Source: an uncultured virus (IMG/VR IMGVR_UViG_3300044699_000033) (Duplodnaviria; Heunggongvirae; Uroviricota; Caudoviricetes). From it: DNA of 64,000 bases. The stretch lies in IMG/VR virus record IMGVR_UViG_3300044699_000033; one strand, 5' to 3'. The position numbers were made by a program, and so were the translations under genes. Below the pieces are notes generated by a model. That model saw only the letters and a program-made list of their open reading frames with translations. It had not been told where the DNA came from and did not search any database. This document shows positions 42,010 through 50,291 of this stretch, in pieces (within the stretch, counting starts at the first letter, position 1; each line of letters begins with the position of its first letter).

Positions 42010-42781
42010 AATATTATTTTTAAGAAGTTTAATTGTCCAGAATACAGCAGCCAAATTGGGTCTGTAATATAACTGAAAGGGAGGTAAAAATGCCCCTTAT
42101 TTCCCAGTTTGTTCCCCAAGAGTTTCTGATTTTACAATTGCTGTCTTTCATCATCATACCCTACACAGCATACAGCATGAACTCCTAAGCATTTTCTCAT
42201 CAGGTGTAGCAATGGCACTATACCTGTGTTGTAACCTGTGTGCTTTCAAAGCTTGAATACACTGCAAAACCAAAGACAATGTAAAGTCCTGTAGCTAGAC
42301 AAGTTTTTAGCTCATTAATGTTAGTATTATCCAGTCTCTCATAAACATCTATTTTATGAGGTATGGCTGTTGTGTAAGCACCAGTAGGTGGTTTTTGCCT
42401 GAATTTGATTTATTTTATAAGGCCAAATTGTCTCTGGACAAGCACCCCAGTTATAATACTTTTAATACCATCTCTTAACATGGCACCTGAATCATAGGGA
42501 ACAGTACCTTCTATAACCTTTCATTGTTAATATATAAAGAGCCTAGAGGGTTGTATGATGGGAAGTCCTTCTTTGAATTTTGTGAAATCAAGAGAAAGAG
42601 AGATAGCATTTCCTGTGCAGGGAGGCCTAAGCTTCTCTTGGTCATATGTATATGTTACCTGTCTAGATAAGTCTACCCTGTGAGGTAGTTCAATTTGTGC
42701 AGGTGAGAAATTTTAAGTCTCTAACAGTCAGGAGTATCTGGCTTACCAGGTGTATTTATATCTATGTTTTAATTGTGACAT
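42010..42781 (-). CDS. Papain-like C1A cysteine peptidase (heavily frameshifted)
   Basis: Pieces read YDQ...CTGNAIS, PSRLFIY, DSGAMLRDGIKS, WPY, HAVCCVGYDD, RNSWG..WG.KGHFYLP. Confidence 0.8.
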
Positions 42782-42797
42782 ACCAAGTTTATTTTTG

Positions 42798-42868
42798 AGC
42801 AGGTAAAGAGATTTGAACTCTTAAAAGCAGTTTCGTGGACTGCTGGTTAATCCATTGCCTATACCTGC
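42798..42868 (-). tRNA. tRNA-Arg: tRNA-Arg(ACG)
   Basis: GCAGT-CCACGAA-ACTGC; GCAGGTA/TACCTGC acceptor. Confidence 0.8.
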
Positions 42869-42869
42869 A

Positions 42870-43200
42870 TTATTTGAAATAATTAAGAGCAAACATTGCA
42901 AGGTTAAAATAATGGTAATTGCTGCTACCCACCCTGCCTGCCTGTTCTGCTTATCTATAAGAAGCTGGACTTTAGCATTAACTTCCTTTATTTCAGACTC
43001 ATATACTTCCCTAGGAAATAAACTAGCCTGCATAAGTCTTAAACTTTCTGCCTCATGATTAAGTATTTCTAAACGTCTTTCATACTCTTTGCCTGAATCT
43101 CAAGAGCTTTTTCTTGGTATTTATCCTTTTCTGTTAAGATTTCCTTTGCATGGTTAATTTGAGCTTGCAAGAATTCCTTTGTATATTGTATTTCATCCAT
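42870..43200 (-). CDS. Coiled-coil protein with C-terminal TM helix (frameshifted)
   Basis: MDEIQYT...EKRLEILNHEAESLRLMQASLFPREVYE...GWVAAITIILTL. Confidence 0.45.
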
Positions 43201-43248
43201 CTTCTATAATATAAGGAAATTAACGGAAATCTCCAAATCTTTCTGTTT

Positions 43249-43321
43249 TGGGTGTAAGGACGGTATTGAGCCGACTTCCATGCTCCACAGGCATGTGCTT
43301 CACCTTAAAGCTTCAAACACC
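43249..43321 (-). tRNA. tRNA-His: tRNA-His(GTG)
   Basis: G-1/C73; CATGC-CTGTGGA-GCATG. Confidence 0.82.
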
Positions 43322-43358
43322 ATTTGCGTAGAATAAGTGCCTTATTCTCCTTAAAAAG

Positions 43359-43427
43359 ATCCCCTGACTGGACTTGAACAATAACTTTAGATCCAAATTC
43401 TAAAATGTTACCATACACTACAGAGGA
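43359..43427 (-). tRNA. tRNA-Gln: tRNA-Gln(TTG), T-arm degraded (likely sequence error)
   Basis: T1-A72 acceptor TCCTCTG/CAGGGGA; TTAGA-ATTTGGA-TCTAA. Confidence 0.7.
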
Positions 43428-43430
43428 ATG

Positions 43431-43503
43431 TGCACCCATGTAAAGATTCGAACTCTAACTAACTGGTTTGGAATCAGTTGTGCTACCATTACACTACACG
43501 GGT
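43431..43503 (-). tRNA. tRNA-Trp: tRNA-Trp(CCA)
   Basis: ACTG-ATTCCAAAC-CAGT; G73. Confidence 0.87.
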
Positions 43504-43545
43504 ATATATCTTATATCCATTTAGAGACTTTTAAAGTCCCCACAG

Positions 43546-43617
43546 TGGTACAGGGCAGATTTGAACTGCCAACACCCTGAGCTTCATTCAGGTGCTCTAC
43601 AATGGAGCTACTGTACC
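43546..43617 (-). tRNA. tRNA-Phe: tRNA-Phe(GAA)
   Basis: CCTGA-ATGAAGC-TCAGG. Confidence 0.87.
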
Positions 43618-43707
43618 ATTTGTCACTGTACACTCTTTGAGGGTTGTACTCCTGTTGGAGACCCGTTATGACATTAAATATAAAAGACGGGTCAAGCTTC
43701 TATATCT

Positions 43708-43780
43708 TGGAGTCACCTAGAGGATTTGAACCCCTGTAGGAGCTTTTGCAGAGCTCTGCCTACCACTCGGCCAAGGTGAC
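43708..43780 (-). tRNA. tRNA-Cys: tRNA-Cys(GCA)
   Basis: GAGCT-CTGCAAA-AGCTC; U73 and CCA. Confidence 0.92.
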
Positions 43781-43850
43781 AATAGTCAGGGAAGTACCAC
43801 CGATGGCTTTGAGTACACTTTCAGTACCTGAAATTAGCTTCCCTTTTAAG

Positions 43851-43925
43851 AGCCTCCTGTCGGGCTCAAACCAACTAATTCCTCATTACAAGTGAGGTAC
43901 TCCTTATCTTCAGAGAATAGGAGGC
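43851..43925 (-). tRNA. tRNA-Thr: tRNA-Thr(TGT)
   Basis: GCC acceptor start; CCTCA-CTTGTAA-TGAGG. Confidence 0.85.
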
Positions 43926-44014
43926 ATTGGGCTGGTGTAATGGCTGCCCTGCCAATTGACTTCTCGACTACACCTGTGAGTCAATAGACCTATTATATTG
44001 CTCAGAGAATCACC

Positions 44015-44089
44015 TGTATAGTAGACCGGGGTCGAACCTGCATTCCACTTGCTCCCAGGCAAGGGACTTACCAATTAGTCAACTACTAT
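44015..44089 (-). tRNA. Probable tRNA-Pro (NGG; anticodon loop reads only 6 nt, CTGGGA)
   Basis: Full cloverleaf; CTTGC-CTGGGA-GCAAG, one base probably missing. Confidence 0.65.
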
Positions 44090-44094
44090 AAATG

Positions 44095-44126
44095 AAAAAC
44101 CTTCATCTTGAGATCATGAAGGGCTT
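44095..44126 (-). terminator. Attenuator terminator C, upstream of the Pro...Arg(ACG) tRNAs
   Basis: CCTTCAT-GATCTCAAG-ATGAAGG-TTTTT, 5 nt before the first tRNA. Confidence 0.78.
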
Positions 44127-44149
44127 TAAAGAATCCGTGTTAAATATTT

Positions 44150-44231
44150 TTAACAGACATAGCAAACCCTTCCTGTTTCTGGTTGAAACTGGGGACAAAA
44201 CGTATGCCATGTATGACGTAATTTTGTTCAT
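44150..44231 (-). CDS. Leader peptide C (MNKLRHTWHTFCPQFQPETGRVCYVC; requires removal of one A near codon 3)
   Basis: 82 nt from ATG to TAA (81+1); 13 consecutive codons CGT...CCA match the downstream tRNA set. Confidence 0.7.
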
Positions 44232-44236
44232 TTTTG

Positions 44237-44323
44237 TTATTTTTTAGGCTTTGGTCTTGGTCTAGTGGGTCTACCACCACCACTTCCACAACCACAGCCA
44301 ACTATTGCTGTGTTTTTTACCAT
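44237..44323 (-). CDS. 28-aa peptide MVKNTAIVGCGCGSGGGRPTRPRPKPKK
   Basis: Clean ATG-TAA ORF between the promoter and leader C. Confidence 0.55.
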   Translation of the reverse strand: MVKNTAIVGCGCGSGGGRPTRPRPKPKK

Positions 44324-44339
44324 GTGTTTAATTATAACA

Positions 44340-44370
44340 CAAATATACTAAATTTTTTTCAACTTCCAAA
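44340..44370 (-). promoter_or_regulatory. Bacteroidota promoter (TTTG-N19-TATATTTG) driving leader C and tRNA group C
   Basis: -7 element 44340-44347; -33 TTTG 44367-44370; lies just after a terminator. Confidence 0.78.
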
Positions 44371-44384
44371 TTTATTTTTTAAAG

Positions 44385-44409
44385 AAAAAAGGGATGTAGA
44401 AACATCCCT
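44385..44409 (-). terminator. Intrinsic terminator ending the fibre gene operon
   Basis: AGGGATGT-TTCT-ACATCCCT-TTTTT. Confidence 0.85.
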
Positions 44410-44459
44410 AGAAGTTACCCTTGGAAACCAACAACCAAGGACTTTATTAAACTAAAGAT

Positions 44460-45423
44460 TTATGTAAATGTTCCTGTTATATACCAAGTTGTACTTGCTG
44501 TTTTAGTTATAGTTGCAACAGCATCTGCTGGAATTGTTCTACTACCTGTTCCTGTAGTACCATCTCCTCTTTGTAAAGTATCAGAGTTTATTGCAAGTGT
44601 AATAGCACCTGAACCTGTGGCATTAACAATTGTTATTCTTGTTCCCACTGCATATGCCACCGAAGCATTAGCAGGAATTGTCCATGTTGTAGCTGTAGAG
44701 GAATGTAAAAGTATATTATTAGCATCACCTATAACAAATGTGTAAGTTTGTCCGGAGATGTAACTATTGATGCAGAAGAGTACCCTGAATAACCTGTTAT
44801 TCCAGAATATGCACTATAGCCTGAAGTTGATGAGTATCCGCTGTAACCTGTATAGCCACTGAAGCCTGACCAGGTCCACTGTAGCCAGAGTACCCTGTGT
44901 AGCCTGAGTAACCAGACTTGCCTGAGTAACCAGAGAAACCACTGGTACTAGAATATCCGCTGAAACCAGATGTAGAAGAGTAACCAGAATATCCTGTATA
45001 ACCTGAGTAACCAGATTTTCCAGAATATCCGGAATAACCAGTATAACCTGAAAATCCACTACCTGAATAACCACTGAAACCTGAACCTGAATAACCAGAA
45101 TAACCAGATTGACCTGTGTAGCCGCTAAAGCCTGAAGTAGATGAATACCCACTAAAGCCTGAAGTGGATGAATAACCTGAAAAACCACTTAAACCTAAAC
45201 CAGAATATCCTGAGAATCCAGAGCCTGAATATCCGCTATATCCTGACCTTCCACTATAACCTGAGTATCCAGATATTGAGGAGTAACCACTAAAACCTGA
45301 AGAATAATAGCCTGAGTAGCCACTAGTGCCTCCTCCAGCAATCTTTCTTACAGCTTTTTTAACTTCTGTTTTCTTGAAAAAAGCAGCTATAGTATCCCCT
45401 AAAAATTCTCTTAATACACTCAT
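44460..45423 (-). CDS. SGY-repeat fibre protein with C-terminal beta-sandwich module (frameshifted)
   Basis: MSVLREFLG..., SG(Y/F) repeats, then TYTFVIGDA...WTIPANASVAYAVGTRITIV...WYITGTFT. Confidence 0.65.
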
Positions 45424-45427
45424 GATG

Positions 45428-46527
45428 TTATATTTGTGGGTGAGAAACTGCACCATCAAAGTTAACCACTACGGTTTTTGATGTTGCACCTATGAATGCT
45501 GATTGCAATTCTAAAAGTATGTTATTTGCAGACTTTCTGATAATATATCCATATTGTTGAGTGATTTGGTCTCCAGCCTGAGGAGCATCTATATAGTTGA
45601 TTCCTTTAAGGTCTGCTGTTCCTATTTGCTCTGCAAGGGTAAGACATGTTGTTGGAATATTACCCATTGTTATTGTAAACTTCCTATTTGCAGTAGAATA
45701 AGCTCCAAATGCTATTGTATATGTTATAGAGCCTCTGAATTCAAGAGTACCATCAAATCTATATCTATATTGAGGATTACCTGCTGTATAAACAACATTT
45801 GCGTTTCCTGTTGCAACTAGTGTTATATTTCTCCATGTAGCATCAAAACAAGACCTTGCTATTGAATAGATGGATTTGTTGAAACCACATAAGGGTCAGC
45901 AGTAGTACCTATTCCTGTAACTGTTACTCCTGTGCCATTTACTATCTTAGTTTCTGAACCATCTGGTGCTGTATAAGCTGTTTTAAACTTACCATCTGCA
46001 CCAAGAGTTAGCTGATTTCCTGAATCTGAAGAGATAAGTGTAGAAGGAACAAGCTGAAGTCTTAGCACTTCATCTGCTCCTGGATTGACAATTGACTTAA
46101 CTATGTAAGTTCCACCATCAATCTTACCATATAGATATCCTGTAGTAGTATCATTTTCTGACACCTTTGCATTAATATCAATAGGTACCCCACCTTCTAC
46201 AGCATTGATTACAAACTTCTTATCACATCCTGAGCCTGTTTGTGTGAAGGAAATATTAAGACCTTCTTGAAAGACATCCCAAGGATATCTAGGAGGACAT
46301 GTATCATTAGCATCTATGACTATTTTACCTTGAGATGCAAGAATTTCCTCATACTTTGAACAAATCTGAGCAATTACCTGATCTCCAGTCATATCATTTG
46401 TAACCCCTAGTGCTTCACACACTCCAGGCAATGTTATGCAAGGGAATGTTGTGGGATTCAAACATCCACAGTTGTCATAAGGACTACATGGGCTGCATGT
46501 TGTTGTATCGCAAGTTGAATAAGACAT
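45428..46527 (-). CDS. Cys-rich N-terminal tail/head fibre protein (frameshift near 45859)
   Basis: ORF 45859-46527 continues in another frame (...ATWRNITL...QYRYRFDGTLEFRG...) into 45428-45667. Confidence 0.55.
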
Positions 46528-46546
46528 TTATTTTATTTTTTAATTA

Positions 46547-47053
46547 TTATGCTGGTATTGGGTATTCTTCACAAGTTGCCTCATAAGGAGGAAGATTGTA
46601 AACAGTACCTCTGTCAGATATTTGTAAAACTACTGTACTAAACAAATCACTAGGAGTTTGGAAATATACACCAAATCTTTGTCTGTCAGTAAGTACATTT
46701 CTTTGTATAGCCATTATTTTAATTAAAGCTTGGTCTGTAATAGATAAATTCATATCAGTTTCAGATGTACTATTTGCTAACAAATTCATAGTAAAACTTG
46801 TACCTCCTACTGTTAGTTTTGTATAAGTTACATATTCTTCTTCCATAGCTGAATCATCAGTTCCAGTTTCATCTATAAAGAAGTAGAAAACACCACACTT
46901 ATAAGTAGTAGGTGCAGGAAGCGTAGCACAGTCAGAAGATACTGATATTGCTCCAGAGGTTACAATTGATGTTACAACTGCATCTTTTGGGAGAACAAAA
47001 CAATCTCCTGGTGCTAATGTTATTGATTTTATTGAAGGTGTTACTGTTGCCAT
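46547..47053 (-). CDS. Putative virion structural protein
   Basis: 168-aa intact ORF in the fibre block. Confidence 0.5.
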   Translation of the reverse strand: MATVTPSIKSITLAPGDCFVLPKDAVVTSIVTSGAISVSSDCATLPAPTTYKCGVFYFFIDETGTDDSAMEEEYVTYTKLTVGGTSFTMNLLANSTSETDMNLSITDQALIKIMAIQRNVLTDRQRFGVYFQTPSDLFSTVVLQISDRGTVYNLPPYEATCEEYPIPA

Positions 47054-47054
47054 A

Positions 47055-48338
47055 TTAAAATCCTACTGTAGTTGTTGTAGTTGTTGATGAAGAAGTTGTT
47101 GATGAAGTATTATATGCTGCAGAGGATACTGAAGATTCATAGATGATTACCACTGTTGAACCATCTTCTCCTGTTGCACATATTTCACAGAAAGCACAAG
47201 CAGCTTGATTTACATTCTTGTGAATACATTTCTCACAAGTTAAACCATCATTTCCTATCTTAGCTGTGATATCTACTACTAAGGTTCCTGTTAAGTTCAA
47301 GCCAGAGATTAACACTTCTGTCTCATTATTGTTAGTAAAGTTGTCTACAATATCAATTGTAAAGCTTTCTACATTACCATCTATGTCTGTAATAGTACCT
47401 GTAGAACCTTGGTCTTCATATCCTGCTGGAATTGATGTACCTGCACCTGAAGTGAATTTGATTATAATTCCTGTATTGTCCTCATTATAAACTGCTGAGA
47501 ATCCAAGAAGTATATCATCACAAGAAGCTGCACAGCAATTTTCTTCCATGAATATTATTCTTTGTCTAAGGCTTTCTACTTCTAAAAGAAGATTACCATA
47601 GTTTTCAGCCCAATTAGTAGGAGTCAGGTTCCATCCTGTAATAAGACCAAATTCAGTATTTAGGTCTGTAGGAGTAAGTGCCAGTGCAGTAGCAATATCC
47701 ACTGTATCTCCTGTAAAGGTAATTAAGTCACATAATGCTTGTGATGTATTTACTACCTGTGTTGAGGTTGGCAATAATACACCATTAATACATGTAGATA
47801 TCAAGATATCACCTGAAGCTACATCTGTATCAATATTGTCTATCTGAGACTGTAAAGAAGTTACACTTCCTTCAAGTCCCTCTATTCTACCTTTCTGGTT
47901 ACAAAGATTATCTATTACTAGTTGGTCAAACGCCTCTCTGTCAATAGATAGAATGTTACCTAAGTTGTCTTCTGTAGCATAGCACTTTAAGTTAACACTT
48001 ACAGCCCCTTCATTAGTTATTGAAGCAATCTGCTCACTTAGAATGTTTATCTTGTCATTTAGACAGATTTCAGTATCTTTAATAAGATTGAATATAGCAA
48101 GAGTTGTTATCTCCAGAGGAACTGCCTGATCACAAATCTCAGCTAGTGCATCTATATCAAATTCAGATAAATCATCTTCTGAAAATGCTTTTATCTTATT
48201 TGTTAGCTCTACTATAACATTACAAATCCCGTCACCTTCACATATCCCTAAATACTCTATATCTCCACAATCCCATATTATTTGAGAAGATGGAATGGGT
48301 ATGAAGTTGTCTATATTACAATTAGTTATTTTTTTCAT
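47055..48338 (-). CDS. Cys-rich coiled-coil virion protein
   Basis: 427 aa, acidic, coiled-coil segments, poly-Thr/Ser C-terminus. Confidence 0.55.
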   Translation of the reverse strand: MKKITNCNIDNFIPIPSSQIIWDCGDIEYLGICEGDGICNVIVELTNKIKAFSEDDLSEFDIDALAEICDQAVPLEITTLAIFNLIKDTEICLNDKINILSEQIASITNEGAVSVNLKCYATEDNLGNILSIDREAFDQLVIDNLCNQKGRIEGLEGSVTSLQSQIDNIDTDVASGDILISTCINGVLLPTSTQVVNTSQALCDLITFTGDTVDIATALALTPTDLNTEFGLITGWNLTPTNWAENYGNLLLEVESLRQRIIFMEENCCAASCDDILLGFSAVYNEDNTGIIIKFTSGAGTSIPAGYEDQGSTGTITDIDGNVESFTIDIVDNFTNNNETEVLISGLNLTGTLVVDITAKIGNDGLTCEKCIHKNVNQAACAFCEICATGEDGSTVVIIYESSVSSAAYNTSSTTSSSTTTTTTVGF

Positions 48339-48346
48339 GTTATTTT

Positions 48347-49387
48347 TTAATGACAGATTTGCAGAATATCTCCATTTCTATAAACATCACCGGGTAAAAG
48401 TCCTCCAGCTAATGCTGCTGCATTATCTGCAAAATTTTGTGTAGTTGTTATCTTTACAGATCCGCCTAAAGCTATTTGTGAAGCAGCAGTAGTAGTAACA
48501 TTTTTACCTATTGCTACACTCCCTGTATGACTAGTATCAACTATAGCACTATAACCTATAGCCGTACTATAAAGAGCTCTTGCTTCTGATGTAGTTCCTA
48601 TTGCAATAGAAGAGTAGTTTTTAGCCAGACAATATTGCCCTATTGCTATAGCACCCTCATCAGTTATTCCTGCTTCAGCATGATAACCAACAGCTATACA
48701 ATTAATTTTATGTGCTATAGCATATGTTCCTGCTGATATTCCACTGGCAGCTTTTGATTCAGCATAAGCAGTTAATGCTGCTGAACTATTGCCACTTGCT
48801 TTAGAATAAGCTCCAATAGATACTGTATCATTATGAAGAGCTTGTGCTACTGAGCCAAGTGCTACAGCATCAAAACTACCTGAAGAAATAGAAGATACAC
48901 CAATTGCAATATTACGCTGTATTGTAGCTGAAGCATTTATTCCAATTACAGTAGTTCCTAATGCTTTATCACCTAATACTATATAGCCACCTGTACCATT
49001 AGTATTAAGCATAAACTTTCTATTAGTGCTATCTGTAGTAGTCATCTCTCCAATACTAACTGTATATGGAGCACCTTCAGTACCTGACATAGAAGTACCT
49101 ATTGTCTGAGAAGCTGCTGTTAATTGACCACTACCTGATCCTGCTGCACCACTGTATCCAGAAAATCCACTTACACTAGAATATCCGCTGTAACCTGAGG
49201 AACTAGGTGTGCCAGAGTATCCGCTATAACCAGATCCACCAGAAGCGTTTGTACCTACTTCTTCTATCTTATCTACTATAGCAAGGTCTACCTCTCTGAT
49301 TTCCTGAGCTGTAACTTTGTCTTTTCCTCCTTGTTGAGTTTCATTGAGCGTTATTAATGCTCTTAGCTGTGTATATGTTAGTGCCAT
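48347..49387 (-). CDS. Fibre/adhesin protein with YadA-head-like beta-roll repeats and a short SGY tract
   Basis: About 14-residue repeats with (S/A)IAIG/AVALG motifs. Confidence 0.7.
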   Translation of the reverse strand: MALTYTQLRALITLNETQQGGKDKVTAQEIREVDLAIVDKIEEVGTNASGGSGYSGYSGTPSSSGYSGYSSVSGFSGYSGAAGSGSGQLTAASQTIGTSMSGTEGAPYTVSIGEMTTTDSTNRKFMLNTNGTGGYIVLGDKALGTTVIGINASATIQRNIAIGVSSISSGSFDAVALGSVAQALHNDTVSIGAYSKASGNSSAALTAYAESKAASGISAGTYAIAHKINCIAVGYHAEAGITDEGAIAIGQYCLAKNYSSIAIGTTSEARALYSTAIGYSAIVDTSHTGSVAIGKNVTTTAASQIALGGSVKITTTQNFADNAAALAGGLLPGDVYRNGDILQICH

Positions 49388-49389
49388 AA

Positions 49390-49653
49390 TTAACCAAATT
49401 CATTAGAAAATTCATTAGAAAATTGATCCTCTGGAAGCATAGAAGGACAATTTGGTACTTCTACTATTGTAGTATAGGAGTAATCTCTAGGAAATTCACT
49501 CCTTATTTCAAACAATATATCAATAAGTTGCTGCTTTGGAAGGTAAGAAGCATACTTCTTTGAGAAGCATGTTTCTACAAAATACTTATCTGACAGAAAC
49601 TGTTCATGTTTTAAATCAGCAAATTTACATTTTAAGTCAGCATTTGCACTCAT
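49390..49653 (-). CDS. Small hypothetical protein ending in FSNEFSNEFG
   Basis: 87-aa ORF; 12-nt direct repeat at the 3' end. Confidence 0.5.
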   Translation of the reverse strand: MSANADLKCKFADLKHEQFLSDKYFVETCFSKKYASYLPKQQLIDILFEIRSEFPRDYSYTTIVEVPNCPSMLPEDQFSNEFSNEFG

Positions 49654-50185
49654 TGCAGTATCTTTGTATTAGTTTGTTAGCATATGTATATAGCTCAATT
49701 CCTTGTGCCTTATCTGCACACTCTTCAACACTCCATTTTGCAGAGATTATATATTCATCAATGTCTCTAAGTACATCTCTATTTTTCATGTATTCAGACC
49801 TATCCAGCTTGCATTCATTAGCTCTTAGCTTCTTCATTTCATTTCTTAGCCTATTCTCAATATCTGTAACCCTAAGGTGATAATAGTGAGATACTGTAAA
49901 TAAATTAGGCTTTATAGACTGCTTTATCTCATAAACTCCATCAGGAAGGGGTATCAATTGCACTGCATCTGAAGCTATCTTATATCTTAAATTTGAAGAA
50001 TTTAAGGCAAGAGAAAAGTTCTTGGCAACATTAAAAGACACCCATTTTGACTTATTTACAGGAAGCACTTCTATAATATAATTTTCTACAGTTTCATCAC
50101 TACAATAGTGTGAGGTATCAAATAACCTCATAACCTTTGTGTTTGTAGAATTTGAGACTTCTAGAGATAATTCGCTTTTAATCAC
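49637..50185 (-). CDS. Virion structural protein (tail hub-like)
   Basis: LPDGVYEIKQS motif; crAss-like synteny. Confidence 0.5.
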   Translation of the reverse strand: MIKSELSLEVSNSTNTKVMRLFDTSHYCSDETVENYIIEVLPVNKSKWVSFNVAKNFSLALNSSNLRYKIASDAVQLIPLPDGVYEIKQSIKPNLFTVSHYYHLRVTDIENRLRNEMKKLRANECKLDRSEYMKNRDVLRDIDEYIISAKWSVEECADKAQGIELYTYANKLIQRYCNECKC

Positions 50186-50234
50186 AGTATAAGATACTTA
50201 AAAAGTCTGATAAATAAAAATAATCCTTAAAATT

Positions 50235-50270
50235 AAAAAAGGTGGCAGAGACTCTGCCCTACCACCTTTT
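50235..50270 (-). terminator. Intrinsic terminator of the capsid operon
   Basis: AAAAGGTGG...GGCAGAGTCTCTGCCACCTTTTTT. Confidence 0.75.
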
Positions 50271-50291
50271 AGGTTATTTTGTTTGAAAATA

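Noticed and set aside
36654..44089. Theta ribozymes at tRNA 3' ends
   Set aside because: The spacers I examined lack the P3/L3 TCCxCG core; the only HDV-like match is at 54003-54056.
37080..44231. T-box riboswitches as the explanation for the terminators before tRNA groups
   Set aside because: No TGGNACC T-box bulge or stem I seen; the leaders are short and contain codon-matched ORFs instead.
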